Assembly: GCA_028826165.1 (NCBI GenBank)
Contig: JAPDFW010000053.1
Location: forward strand, 1 to 64,000
Length of the DNA: 64,000 nucleotides
Direction of reading: 5' to 3'
Origin: Anaeramoeba ignava BMAN
Lineage: Eukaryota; Protista; Anaeramoebae
Below the pieces are notes generated by a model. It was not told where the DNA came from and ran no database searches. It saw only the letters and a list, made by a program, of their open reading frames with translations. Positions 1-12,000 of the stretch are shown in pieces (the stretch's first letter is position 1; every line of letters starts with the position of its first letter). Position numbers and translations under genes: made by a program.

Positions 1-1100
1 GTATGAAGTGCTTAGTAAGTAGCTGAAGCTTGAGCAAGCAGGCGGCGGCAAAAATTTTGGGCAAAGGCAGCAATACAGTTTTGGAAGTACAAAGCAAGGC
101 ATAAGCAAAGAGCAAGCGGCAAAGAGGCGGTAAAGCAGTAGCTATAAAGGCATAAAGGATTCCGTTCCCTGTTCCAGATCCTGTTCCTCCTTCCCTGTTC
201 CCTTCCTTCCAGGAAGAGTATAAGGCTTAAAGCAAAGGGTATATATGGAGAGGAGAGAAAGAGAGCAGGCAGTGAGCAGCAGAAGCAGGCTGCAAAGAAA
301 AAGCAAAATTAATTCTAAATGAGAAAAAGATTAAATTTCAAACATTAGGGTGATTAATTTCGTTCTGATTCAACCAAAAGTTTAATAATATCAATTGAAA
401 CATGATTTTTTAAAGCTGTATGTAAAGTTGAATTCTTCTAAATTATTTAGAAAAATCAATAAGACAATTTATTCTGAAAAAGAAGAAAATGCTTTTTCTG
501 TTAATTTACTTGCCTAAAATTTTGAGAATTAATTTTAAATTTTTGGAAATGAGAAAATGAAAAATTTTTCTTTAAATGTTTACTTTCTAAATTTTAAATT
601 GAATTTATTTAATATTGCTAAAAATAAAATAAAATTGGAAAATACATCAATATCATTGATATTAAGTTTTAATTTAAAATTTTTGGAAAAATCTTTTTGA
701 AACATTTTCTCGACATAAATAATGAATAAATGGAATTTCTTCTTTCTATTTATTTGGGAAAATTTAAGAAAATTTGAATTTGGAAAAAGGAGAAAATAAA
801 AACAATAAAACATTTTGATTTGATCATTTTGCTTCAGATTTTATTAAAAATTTTAAGAATTTAATATTAATTTGTTCTAATGGCTTTTTAACTTCAGAAA
901 AAGTCTTTTGTTTCGCTTCAATTAAATCCTTTAAAATTTTAAAAATTTGCAAAAATTTGTTTAAAATTGAAGAGGAAAAAGAAATTCTTTTTAAATTTAC
1001 AGTTGGTTCTAAAGATTTTTGTGAGAATTTTCAAAAATAATTTTTGAATTCATTTAAAAAGGAAAAATGAAATTTAATTTTTCATTTTTGACATTTAAAA

Positions 1101-4100
1101 GATGAAAAAGTATTTATTGCTGGAACAAATCACAATCATGCTCTTCTTATTGAAGATAATTTATCAATGATTTATAAAAACCTGTTGATACTTCAAGAAT
1201 AATTGGGGGAACATAGAAAAGAAAAGAAGAAATTAAATTGATTTCTTGTGGATCTTCAATTACTTTGTTTTTGATTCAGGAAAAATTTTTAATTTGGGGA
1301 ATTCTTTAACAATCCGAAAATTTCATTGATTCAAAAGAAAAAGAAAAGAATGAAAAATTTCAATTCAAAAAAAAATAGTTGAAAAAAGAGCAAAATTAAT
1401 TTTGAAAATTAGTGATTTTGAAGGAATGGATGTTCAAATGATTAGTTGTGGTTCTTTTTCTGTTTTAGTTCTTGTGAATGGAAAAGTATTTTTAAGAGAA
1501 TTTTCCATTTTAAATCCGAAGAAAAAATCTAAATTTGAAGAAGTGAAATTAGAAAAGGAAATTAGTTTAATTGCTTGTTCAAGTTCTTCTTATTATGTTT
1601 GTGATAATGAGTATGAATTTAATTTTAATTTTAATTTTAATTTTAATTTTGAATTTAATTTTAATTTTGAATTTAATTTTAATTTTGAATTTAATTTTAA
1701 TTTTGAATTTAATTTTAATTTTGAATTTAATTTTAATTTTAATTTTAATTTTGATTTTGATTTTTAATTTTGAATTTAATTTTAATTTTGAATTTAATTT
1801 TAATTTTGAATTTAATTTAAATTTTAATTTTGATTTTGAATTTAAATTTTGATTTTTAATTTTAATTTTGATTTTGAATTTAAATTTTGATTTTGATTTT
1901 AATTTTGAATTTAAATTTGATTTTGATTTTAATTTTGAATTTAAATTTGATTTTAATTTTGAATTTTGAATTTAATTTTCATTTTGATTTTGATTTTAAA
2001 TTTGAATTTGAATTTGAATTTTAATTTTAATTTTAATTTTGATTTTGATTTTGATTTTGATTTGAATTTTGAATTTTGGATTTTGATTTTGATTTTGATT
2101 TTGATTTTGATTTTGAATTTGAATTTGATTTTAATTTAATTTTGAATTTAAATTTGATTTTGAATTTGATTTTGAATTTAATTTTTGAATTTGAATTTAA
2201 ATTTTAATTTTAATTTTGATTTTAATTTTAATTTTAATTTTCATTTTAATTTTAATTTTAATTTGAATTTAATTTTAATTTTGAATTTAAATTTGAATTT
2301 GAATTTGAATTTTAATTTGAATTTGATTTTGAATTTTGATTTTGAATTTAAATTTGAATTTGAATTTTAATTTTGAATTTGATTTTTAATTTTAATTTTA
2401 ATTTTCATTTTAATTTTGATTTTGAATTTGATTTTAATTTTAATTTAAATTTAAATTTTGAATTTGAATTTTAATTTTAATTTGAATTTGAATTTGAATT
2501 TGAATTTAATTTTGATTTTGATTTTGATTTTGAATTTTAATTTAAATTTAAATTTTGATTTTGATTTTAATTTTGATTTTGATTTTGATTTTGATTTTGA
2601 TTTTAATTTTAATTTGAATTTTGAATTTTTAATTTTAATTTGATTTTAATTTAAAGTGGAAATCTCTTTTCATGGGGAGAAAATTCTAATGGACAACTTG
2701 GTCATGGAGATGATATTCCAAGAGATAAACCAACTTTAATTGAAAAATTGAAAGAAAGTGTAATGAAAATTTCAGGAGGTGCTTTTCATTTTGTTGCGTT
2801 AACAAAGAATCACGAAATATTTGTATGTGGAAAAAACAAGAATGGACAATTAGGATTAGGAGATTTTGAAGATCGGAAATTTCCTGAAAAAATTAATTTC
2901 ATAGAAAAATTTGGGTTAATAATCCAAATTGTTTGTGGAGATGAACAAACAGTCATTTTAAATGAAAAAGGAGAAGTGTATTTTTGTGGAAGACTTGGTT
3001 CACAAAAAGAGAGAATCAAGAGGAATTTAATCGGATTATTATTCCAGAAAGAAATGCCATATCAAAAATATTTGCAAGTGGAGGATATGGAGGAAGTTAT
3101 ATAATTTGTGTAGATATAAATGGAAGAGGATATTCAGTTGGATCAAATAGTTTTTGGTCAATTAGGAATTGGAATCTCAAATTCAAAAACCAAATTGAAA
3201 CAACCACACAAAAAATTGATTTCAATGATAATATTGTTATTCATGATTGTGCTTGTGGATGGATTCATTCTTGTTTTGTTGTTTCACAAATTCCACAAGA
3301 AAATGAAACAGTTTTAATTGAAAACATAGATAATCAAGAAGATTTTATTAGAGAAGAACAAAAAAGAATTTCTGAATCTTTGGGTGATTTTGAGGTTTTA
3401 CCGATAGAACTCATTTATGAAATCTTTTCCTATTTGGAAATTGATTCGTTAGTAAGATTATCGTTCACTTCTTCAGAAATGAACTTTTTGTCATCTTATG
3501 ATTGGATTTGGAAATCAATTTTCGAAAGGAACTGCCGTTCAATTTCCAAAAGACAACAAAATATTTTAAATAACCCAAGAAGAATAAATACAAAATACAA
3601 ACAAGCATATATGGAAAGAGTTGTTATTGATGGAGATGCCATTTTCCATCCAAGTGCTATTGCAATAGGAAAAGAAGAGGATATTCCAAAAAAACCATTT
3701 TGGAAGAAGAAGAAAGAAATTAAAATACTCATGCAAGGATTAGATGCATCAGGAAAAACAGCGATGCTATATAATATAAAACTGAAGGAAATAGTAACAA
3801 CAATACCAACAGTTGGTAATGAAATCAAAACAAATGAAATCAAACGATTAAATTGTTAATGTGAATTATTTGGTGATTTTTGTTAGGATTCAATGTTGAA
3901 GTGGTTGAACTACCAGATTTCTATCATAAACTTATGCTTTGGGATGTGGGAGGAGCTGATAGAGTACGTCGCCTTTGGCGTCATTATATCCCTGTTTTTG
4001 CAATGATAATAGTGATAGATTCGAATGGAGATGAAGATAGAATGGAACAAGCAAAAGAAGAAATGCTAGAAAGAATGAATGATCCTGTTACAAAAAATTG

Positions 4101-4305
4101 CATATTTTTGATTTTTTGTTCTAAACAAGATTTGCCCTATGCAAAAAATACTTTGAAGGTTGTTAAAATGCTTGGATTGGATGAAGTCGATAAATGTTGG
4201 GCTGCTTTCCCTTGTTCAGCTTATTTGAGATCAAGTTTGATTCGTGGATTAAGATGGCTTGATTATCAATTTTATATTTCAAATCCAGAAAAAAATCAAA
4301 AATAA
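1101..4305 (+). CDS. RCC1-repeat + F-box + Arf-family GTPase fusion protein (spliced; 5' end uncertain; several indels)
   Basis: RCC1 repeats ([41 protein letters not shown]), F-box ([29 protein letters not shown]) and Arf motifs [13 protein letters not shown]|FNVE, WDVGG, SKQD, CSA. GT-AG introns at 1611-2656 and 3816-3886 join the frames. Confidence 0.85.
1611..2656 (+). repeat. Intron filled with degenerate hexamer repeat (TTTAAT/TTTGAT/TTTGAA)n
   Basis: GTATGA donor at 1611 and TAAAG acceptor at 2656; splicing restores DND-GNLFSWG. Confidence 0.9.
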
Positions 4306-4351
4306 ACTTCAAATCAATTCAAAAAAAAAAATTGAGAACAAAATGATTTCT

Positions 4352-5593
4352 TTATTTTATTAATTCTTCTTGTTTTTTTTTGGAAAAATCAACAAATTGA
4401 GAAGGATTATTATTTGGGATTGAACAATTTGTTTGATGATAAATGAAAAAACGAAATGTTTGTAATGAGAGATTGAGAGGTTTGCCTAAAATTGTATTTT
4501 GCTTGATACTATTTTGAGGGAAAATATTTTTCTGGATATCATTTTTTGGAATGATATATTTATGAATATTTTTCTGGATATTTTCAAAAGAATAACAAGG
4601 AGAACTTAAAATGGTTTGATTAACATTTTGAAACTTAGTTGCGTTTTTGAGATCAAATTCATTCCATTTTTCAATAATTGCTTCATATACAATAAATGAA
4701 AGTATTGTTGATGGTAATAATCCAGAAAGTCGTGAGCCAAGTCCCTTTACAAATCCTATAATGCCATTTTCTTTGTAAATAGATTGAATTGCTTTGAGAA
4801 TATTTTGATATTTTTGAGTTCCATCTTGAACTAAATGCCGAGTTTGGAGTTTTGTTTTAATAACATCAATAGGAATAGTGGCAGTAGTTGAAACAAGAGT
4901 AGCAACAGTTGCAGAAATCATATGATTGATTGGACCCAATTTTTTGGCATTTTTTTTGGGAATTTTTTCTGATTGATTTTTTTTGGGAAATGTAAAAAGT
5001 GAAAATTTGGATTGCAAGTTTTTGGCATAATCATAACTCATCCAATAAAGTGGCGTAGAAATTGAGTCTCTGAGAATATAAGCAGAATATCCCGTAAACA
5101 ATCCACTGAATCCAGCTTCTTTGTATCGCTGAAAAATGATTTCAAAAAGTCCCATATGTTTTGTATTAAGTGTTGGTTCAAGTTGTATTCTTTGTCTCGC
5201 AATCTCAATAGGATTTCTCATCGCAAGAACTCCTGCACGGAGAAGTGATGCCTCAATGATGGGGCGATATCTTGGGATAAATGCTCTTGTTTGCCACGAA
5301 AAAATTCGGTTTTCTTGAGATTTTGATTCTGTTATTTTTTTGGATGAATTTTGTGATTTTTTCGTTTTGATATGATGATAAATAAAAAATGAAACTGCGC
5401 TACTTGGAACTGTGGAAATGATTCCTGCAACTAAACCTCGATAATATCCTTGTGCTTTTGGATCTTTACCATGAAATTGGATTCTTGTTTTTTTACTATC
5501 AAGTGCAACAGTACATGCAATACTTACAAAACGTGAAATAGCTCCAGCAATTAAATGGCGGAAAGGATGATATTCTTCTTTTTTTTCTTCCAT
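4352..5593 (-). CDS. Mitochondrial carrier family (SLC25) protein with C-terminal extension
   Basis: Three carrier repeats with Px[DE]xx[KR] signatures (ALDSKKTRIQ, PIEIARQRIQ, PIDVIKTKLQ) and GxxGxx[KR]G-type motifs (GYYRG, GLFTGY, GFVKGL); intronless. Confidence 0.9.
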   Translation of the reverse strand: MEEKKEEYHPFRHLIAGAISRFVSIACTVALDSKKTRIQFHGKDPKAQGYYRGLVAGIISTVPSSAVSFFIYHHIKTKKSQNSSKKITESKSQENRIFSWQTRAFIPRYRPIIEASLLRAGVLAMRNPIEIARQRIQLEPTLNTKHMGLFEIIFQRYKEAGFSGLFTGYSAYILRDSISTPLYWMSYDYAKNLQSKFSLFTFPKKNQSEKIPKKNAKKLGPINHMISATVATLVSTTATIPIDVIKTKLQTRHLVQDGTQKYQNILKAIQSIYKENGIIGFVKGLGSRLSGLLPSTILSFIVYEAIIEKWNEFDLKNATKFQNVNQTILSSPCYSFENIQKNIHKYIIPKNDIQKNIFPQNSIKQNTILGKPLNLSLQTFRFFIYHQTNCSIPNNNPSQFVDFSKKKQEELIK

Positions 5594-5661
5594 TTTTTTT
5601 TTGTTTTACAAATTGTTTTAGTTCTGAAAAAATTTGTTTTCTTGAAATGAAAAAAATGAAA

Positions 5662-5955
5662 AATTTTAATTTTAATTTTTATTTTAATTTTAATTTTAAT
5701 TTTAATTTTAATTTTGATTTTAATTTTAATTTTAATTTTAATTTTGATTTTGATTTTAATTTTAATTTTAATTTTAATTTTAAATTTTAATTATTAAATT
5801 TGATTTTAATTTTGATTTTGATTTTAATTTTGATTTTGATTTTAATTTTAATTTTGATTTTAATTTTAATTTTAATTTTAATTTTGATTTTGATTTTGAT
5901 TTTGATTTTGATTTTGATTTTGATTTTAATTTTCATTTTCATTTTGATTTTGATT
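5662..5955. repeat. (TTTAAT/TTTGAT)n tract in the divergent intergenic region
   Basis: Direct hexamer tandem repeat between the head-to-head SLC25 and RNF213-like genes. Confidence 0.85.
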
Positions 5956-6033
5956 TTTAAATTCAGGAAAAAAATTTTTTTTTCCTGTTTTTCAATTTTC
6001 ATTTTTTTTCTTTCAAAACAATTTATTTTTAAA

Positions 6034-9000
6034 ATGGAAACAAGTGAAAAAACAAACACAAATACAAATACAAACACAAACACAAACACAAATACAAACA
6101 CAAACACAAACACAAACACAAACACAAACACAAATACAGAAACAAACACAAAATCAAAACCAAAACCAAAATCAAAATCAAAATCAAAATCAAAACCAAA
6201 ATCAAAATCAAATTCCAATTCCAATTCTAATTCTAATTCCAATTCTAATTCAAAATCAAAATCAAAATCAAATTCAAAATCAAAATCAAAATTAAAATCA
6301 AATTCAAAATCAAAATCAAATTCAAAACCAAATTCAAAATTAAAATCAAAACCAAAATCAAATTCAAAACCAAAATCAAATTCAAAACCAAAATCAAAAC
6401 CAAAACCAAAATCAAAACCAAAACCAAAATCAAAATCAAAATCAAAATCAAATTCCAATTCCAATTCTAATTCTAATTCCAATTCTAATTCAAAATCAAA
6501 ACCAAAACCAAAATCAAAACCAAAACCAAAATCAAAATCAAAATCAAATTCAAAACCAAAATCAAAATCAAAATCAAAATCAAAACCAAATTCAGAAAAT
6601 GAAAATGAAAATGAAAAGAAAAAAGAAAAAGGAAAAGATAAAGAAAAAGGAAAAGAAAAAGATAATGAAAATAAAAATGAAAATGAAAAAGAAAAAGAAA
6701 AAGAAATTTTGTTCATTTTATTTGCTCAAAAAGAAACACAAAAACCAAAACTTTATATTTTAGAACCTGAAAGAAAAGAAGCTGAAAATGTTTTTACTTA
6801 TAAAAATGTTTATTTTTTCAATTTTATTTCTTCTTCAAAAAATATTTCTTATTCAATCAATAATCAAGAATCCAAACAAATTCAAATTCAAATTCAAAAT
6901 CAAAATCAAAATCCAAAAACAATTATTTATGATTTAAGTGAAAAAGAGAAAAAAAAAGGAGCAAGAATAATTGATGCTATTATTAATTATACAATTCAAA
7001 AAGAATACATTTCAGATTTTGAATATTTTCTGCAACTTCTTGATCAATTCCAAAAACAAAAACTTGAAAATAAAGAGAAAACTCAACTTATTTTCAAATC
7101 AAATCCTGAAATTCTTGCAAGAATGTTATTTGTTATTGGATTAAGATATAGTGAATCTTCTGTTTCCAAAATTTTTAATGAATACACACAACAAGATTTT
7201 CAAAAAGCAAATGAAATTATTATTTCTTCTCATCAAAATACTCAAAATCAAAATATTTTTTCATTTTTAAATCAATTTCTTTATAATTATAATACAAAAT
7301 GTATTGATAATTCAAATCTTGAATTTCTTCCTCTTTACATCCATTTTAATCAAGAATTTACACCATCAAAAGAAAATATCCAAAATTCTCATATTAAAAA
7401 TATCATTTCATTTTATCTTCAATCAAAAACAAAAATCAATTTAACAAATCAAATTTTAGAATTAATTTTCTCAAACAAATTCAGTTATAAAAACAAAATT
7501 TGGTTTGATTTTATTTATTCAAAGTTCTTTCAAAAATCAAAAGTTTATCTTATTTTAAATCCAGATTTCCAAAATAAGTTAAAAATTACAAAATTTCCAA
7601 ATTTATTAGAATGTTTTCGATTTTGGATGGAATGTTTCCTTAGTTTTAAAAAAAATGAATATAAATGGAATAGACATGAAATAATTCAAGTTGCAACTAT
7701 TATTCCAAATGTGATTAATGATTCAATTTTAAATCAACCTTCCTTTAAAAAAAATAATTATTCTTATCTCCAAAAGATTTTAAATTCAATTTCAATTTTC
7801 AAATCTGAAGAATTCCAAAATTATAATAATAATGCAATTCAAAAAGATCAAGCAAGAGCAGAATTTATTGAAAAGTTTGAAAATCAAATCCAAGAATTAT
7901 GTGAAAATGATTCAATAAATGATTTCCAAAATTTAATGAGAATTGATTTTATAAAATATCTTCCTTTATCAATTCAATTAGAAATTTGGAGAAAAAAATT
8001 GAATTACCAAAATCAAAATAAAAATCAAAATAAAAGAAAAAAGAAAAAGAAAAATCAAAATCAAAATCAAAAAATTACTTGGATTGATATTTTTAAAGAA
8101 AATGGAAAACTTCAAGAGTTATGGAGAAAATCAATAATTTGGTTTTTAAACTTTCAAAAAAGTAAACCTATAAACAAATATTTACCAAATAATATTTCAG
8201 AAGATACTAAAAAATTTCATGAAGAACTGAAAAATTATCAAAAAGAATTATATCAATATTTCCAAAAATTAAAATCACCTGAAAAAGCAACAATATCTGA
8301 TTTTAATTTTTATCTTATTAATGAAAATAAATTTAATGAAATATTCAATTTATTTAATGAAATTGAAGAAAAAAAAGAACAAAATCAAAATGAAATTGAA
8401 AAAAACAAAAAGGAATCGAATAGTTTAAATCATAAATTTTCTAAAATGAAGGAATTTTTTGATAATTTTGGAGATGAAAAAATAAATGAAGAATTTAAAG
8501 ATTGGAAAAAAATCAAATCAGGAGAAATAACCTTAAATGAATTTTCAAATTTTTTCCAAAATATTAAAAACAGAAAAATCAATTCAATTTATTTATTTCA
8601 TCAAAATTTATTTTTTAGAGAACAATTTCAAGAATTTCTTCAAAATCAATATCAAGAAATCAAAAAATTATCAATTCTAAAAATTTGTAATAAAGTAGAA
8701 TCAAATTGGCAAAAATGGAAAAATAGTATTAATATAGAAACAAAATTGGAAGAATTAAATGAAAAATTCCCATTAAACAAAGAACAATTCGTTTCTGAAT
8801 TATTAACAAAAAATAATTTCCCAAAAATTGAAGAAATTCAAAAAATCAAAACAAAAATCTTAAAATTTTTCCAAATTAGAAAAATAATTAATAATATAAA
8901 TTCAATTACTAATTTCCTTAATATTTTTTTGGAAATAAATGGAAATAATTCAAATCAAACCAAAGAAATTGAACAATTACAAAATATTTGGAAAGAAAAG

Positions 9001-12000
9001 AAAATTAATCAAATAAATGATTTTGAAAAAGAAATGAATCAAAAAATTAATATTGATTATAAAATTCTTGAATTCATCATTGAATTATTTCCATCAAATA
9101 ATAATTCTCAACAAATATCAAGTAGTGAAAAAATCTTAATTTGGTTAAAATCAAAAAATGAAAAAGAAATTCAGAATGAAATGAAAAAATTAAAATCAAT
9201 TGATTTTATTCTATACAAAGAATTTAAAAAATCTTTAATTAATCTCAAAAATATTTTAAAACCAATACTTTTATCAAACAAATTTAATGATCTTCATTCT
9301 TTACAAAATGAAATTAAGAAAATAAAATTTCAAGAAAAAACAAAAGAAGAAATTGATGTAAAATTATTGATTAAATATTTCCCATTACTCGATATTAAAT
9401 ATAAACAATTTACATATTCATCTACAAATTTACTTCAAGATATTTTCAATATTTTTGAAAAAGGATGCAAATTGATTTTTTATTTGAAAGAACCATTATT
9501 TAAATGTATTATTCAAACAAAAAAATCAAATGAAAGAAATATTGAAGATTTTATCAATATGTTAAGTGTTGCATTAGATAAAAAACCAAAAATTATTTTC
9601 GGAGATAATCAAGAAAATCAATCAAAAAATCGAAAAAAAGAATATATTTTAATTCAACAATATGAGCAATTATTTAAAATTATTGATAAAATTTATCAAA
9701 ATTTGAAAAGATTTATTCCAATTCAATATTATCAAAAAATTCAAGAAATTGATAAACCTTTTAAAATCAAACAAAACTCAAAAAAATCAAAAAAACTTGA
9801 TTATTCCGAAGAATTAAACCAATTTAATAACAAAATTGAAAAAAATCTTAAAAATGGAAAGAAGATGAAGAAAAATTAAAAAGAAATACCTTTAAAAAGG
9901 AATTTTAATCAAAAATCAACAAAAACTTCTTTTTTTTTTTTAATTTATCAAAATCAAAATCAAAATCAAAATCAAAATCAAAATCAAAATCAAAATCAAA
10001 ATCAAAATTTTAAAATCAATTATCAGATTAATTAATGGAGAAAAAAGAACTAACGAAATAAATTTTATGGAATATATAAATCCAGAATTTGAAAAAATTG
10101 ATTTAATTGATTTTTCAAAATCTTTTTTTCAAAAAATTGAAAAAGGTTTCTCCTTAAAATTTATTCAAGATCCCATTTCCAAAATAAAATTATCAATTAT
10201 AGAAAAAAACATAAATCTTCAAGAAATCCAATTTAAATTGAAAAAACAAATCGATGAAAAAGATGGATCAATTCGAAATCCAAAAATATTTATTATAAAA
10301 ATTACAGAAAATTCAAAAATATTGAATTATGTTACAATGATTTATTATTTATATTCAAAATATTTTCCATTAAGAGAACAAATTTTGATTTGTAATTCAA
10401 ATACAAAACCTGAAGATATAATTAATTTTTTCTCAATTTATAAATATTATAATGAAATACAAGAAAATAATTATTCATTTTCATTATTATTTTCAATAAT
10501 TCATGCTGATAGATTATCTCAAAAATGTCAAAATATTCTAATTTCTGAAACAAATTCAATTGATTTCGTTACAAAAATACCAATGATAATATTTGAATTT
10601 TATCAAAAACAAGAAAAAACATTTTTATCTTCTTTACTTCAAGAAGGAGAATTAAATATTGATTTTGGAGATGAAATTAACAAAAATCTGAAACAAATTA
10701 TCGAATGTTCACCAATTTATCGCAATATTTATGTTTTTTATTCAAATTTTACAGGTGAAGGAAAAAGTTTTCAAATTAGAAAATTTTGTTTTGATTTTAA
10801 AGGAAAAACAAATAATTATAAATATCAAATTATTCAACTTAATAAAGGAACAATTTCTGAAATGATTTCTAAATTAAATCAAATTACAAATCAATTAAAA
10901 GAAAAAGAAAAAGAAAAAGAAACAATATTCATTCATATTGAATTTCCAAATAAATGTTCTATTGAAATTTCAGATGCAATTTGGCAACTTACAATGTGGG
11001 GATCTATTGAAAATTCAAATCCAAAATCATCAAAATCTCTTTGTTGGAATATTCAATCAAACATAATTCTTTTATTTGAAATTCCTAATAAACAAGAAAA
11101 GTATCAAAATCAAAATCAAAATCAAAATCAAAATCAAAATCAAAATCAAATTCAAATTCAAAATCAAATTCAAATTCAAAATCAAAATCAAAATCAAAAT
11201 CAAAATCAAAATCAAAATCAAAATCAAAATCAAAATCAAAATCAAAATCAAAATCAAAATCAAAATCAAAATCAAAATCAAAATCAAAATCAAAATCAAA
11301 ATCAAAATCAAAATCAAAATCAAAATCAAAATCAAAATCAAAATCAAAATCAAATTCAAAATCAAAATCAAAATGAAAATCGAAATGAAAAAATGTGGAA
11401 TTCTTTTTATCCACTTTATCAATTTAATTTACATTATTTAAATTATAACAAAGATTCTTTTGTTTTCCAAAATTATAAAATTGATTCAAATCAAAAAATA
11501 ATTGAAAAAGAAGATGAAAAATTAAAAAAAGTTGCAAATTTAATGATAAAATTAGAAGATAAACTATTTAACAACCAATTAGATGCAAATCAATCCGAAA
11601 CTATTAAAGAAATATTAGAAAAAGATGATAAACCAAATCCAAAAAGATTTATTGAATTAATTGAAAAAAATATTTCTATTGTTTTAAATCAATTTAATAG
11701 AGGAAATATGAAAAATATTTACACATTTAGATTATTATCACAATTTTGGAATTCATTAAAAGTATTTATTAATTTAATATTAAAATGGGATTTTCTAAAA
11801 CTCCAAAAAAAGAAATCGAAAAAATTAACAAGATCAATCCTTAAAAGTTGGTTTCTTTCAATTTCAAGATTTATTTTATTTCCTTTATTATCAGAAAACA
11901 AAAATATTTTTGATAATTTTTATACTTTTCTTCCCAAATTGAAATTTAAAAATGAAAATGAAAATATTATTCCAATTTCAATTAAATCAAGAAACAAACA

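Noticed and set aside
1-330. G+C-richer purine/pyrimidine-patchy segment at the window start (possible telomere, ncRNA or foreign DNA)
   Set aside because: No regular repeat unit, ORF or recognisable RNA structure; it resembles a low-quality contig or read end.
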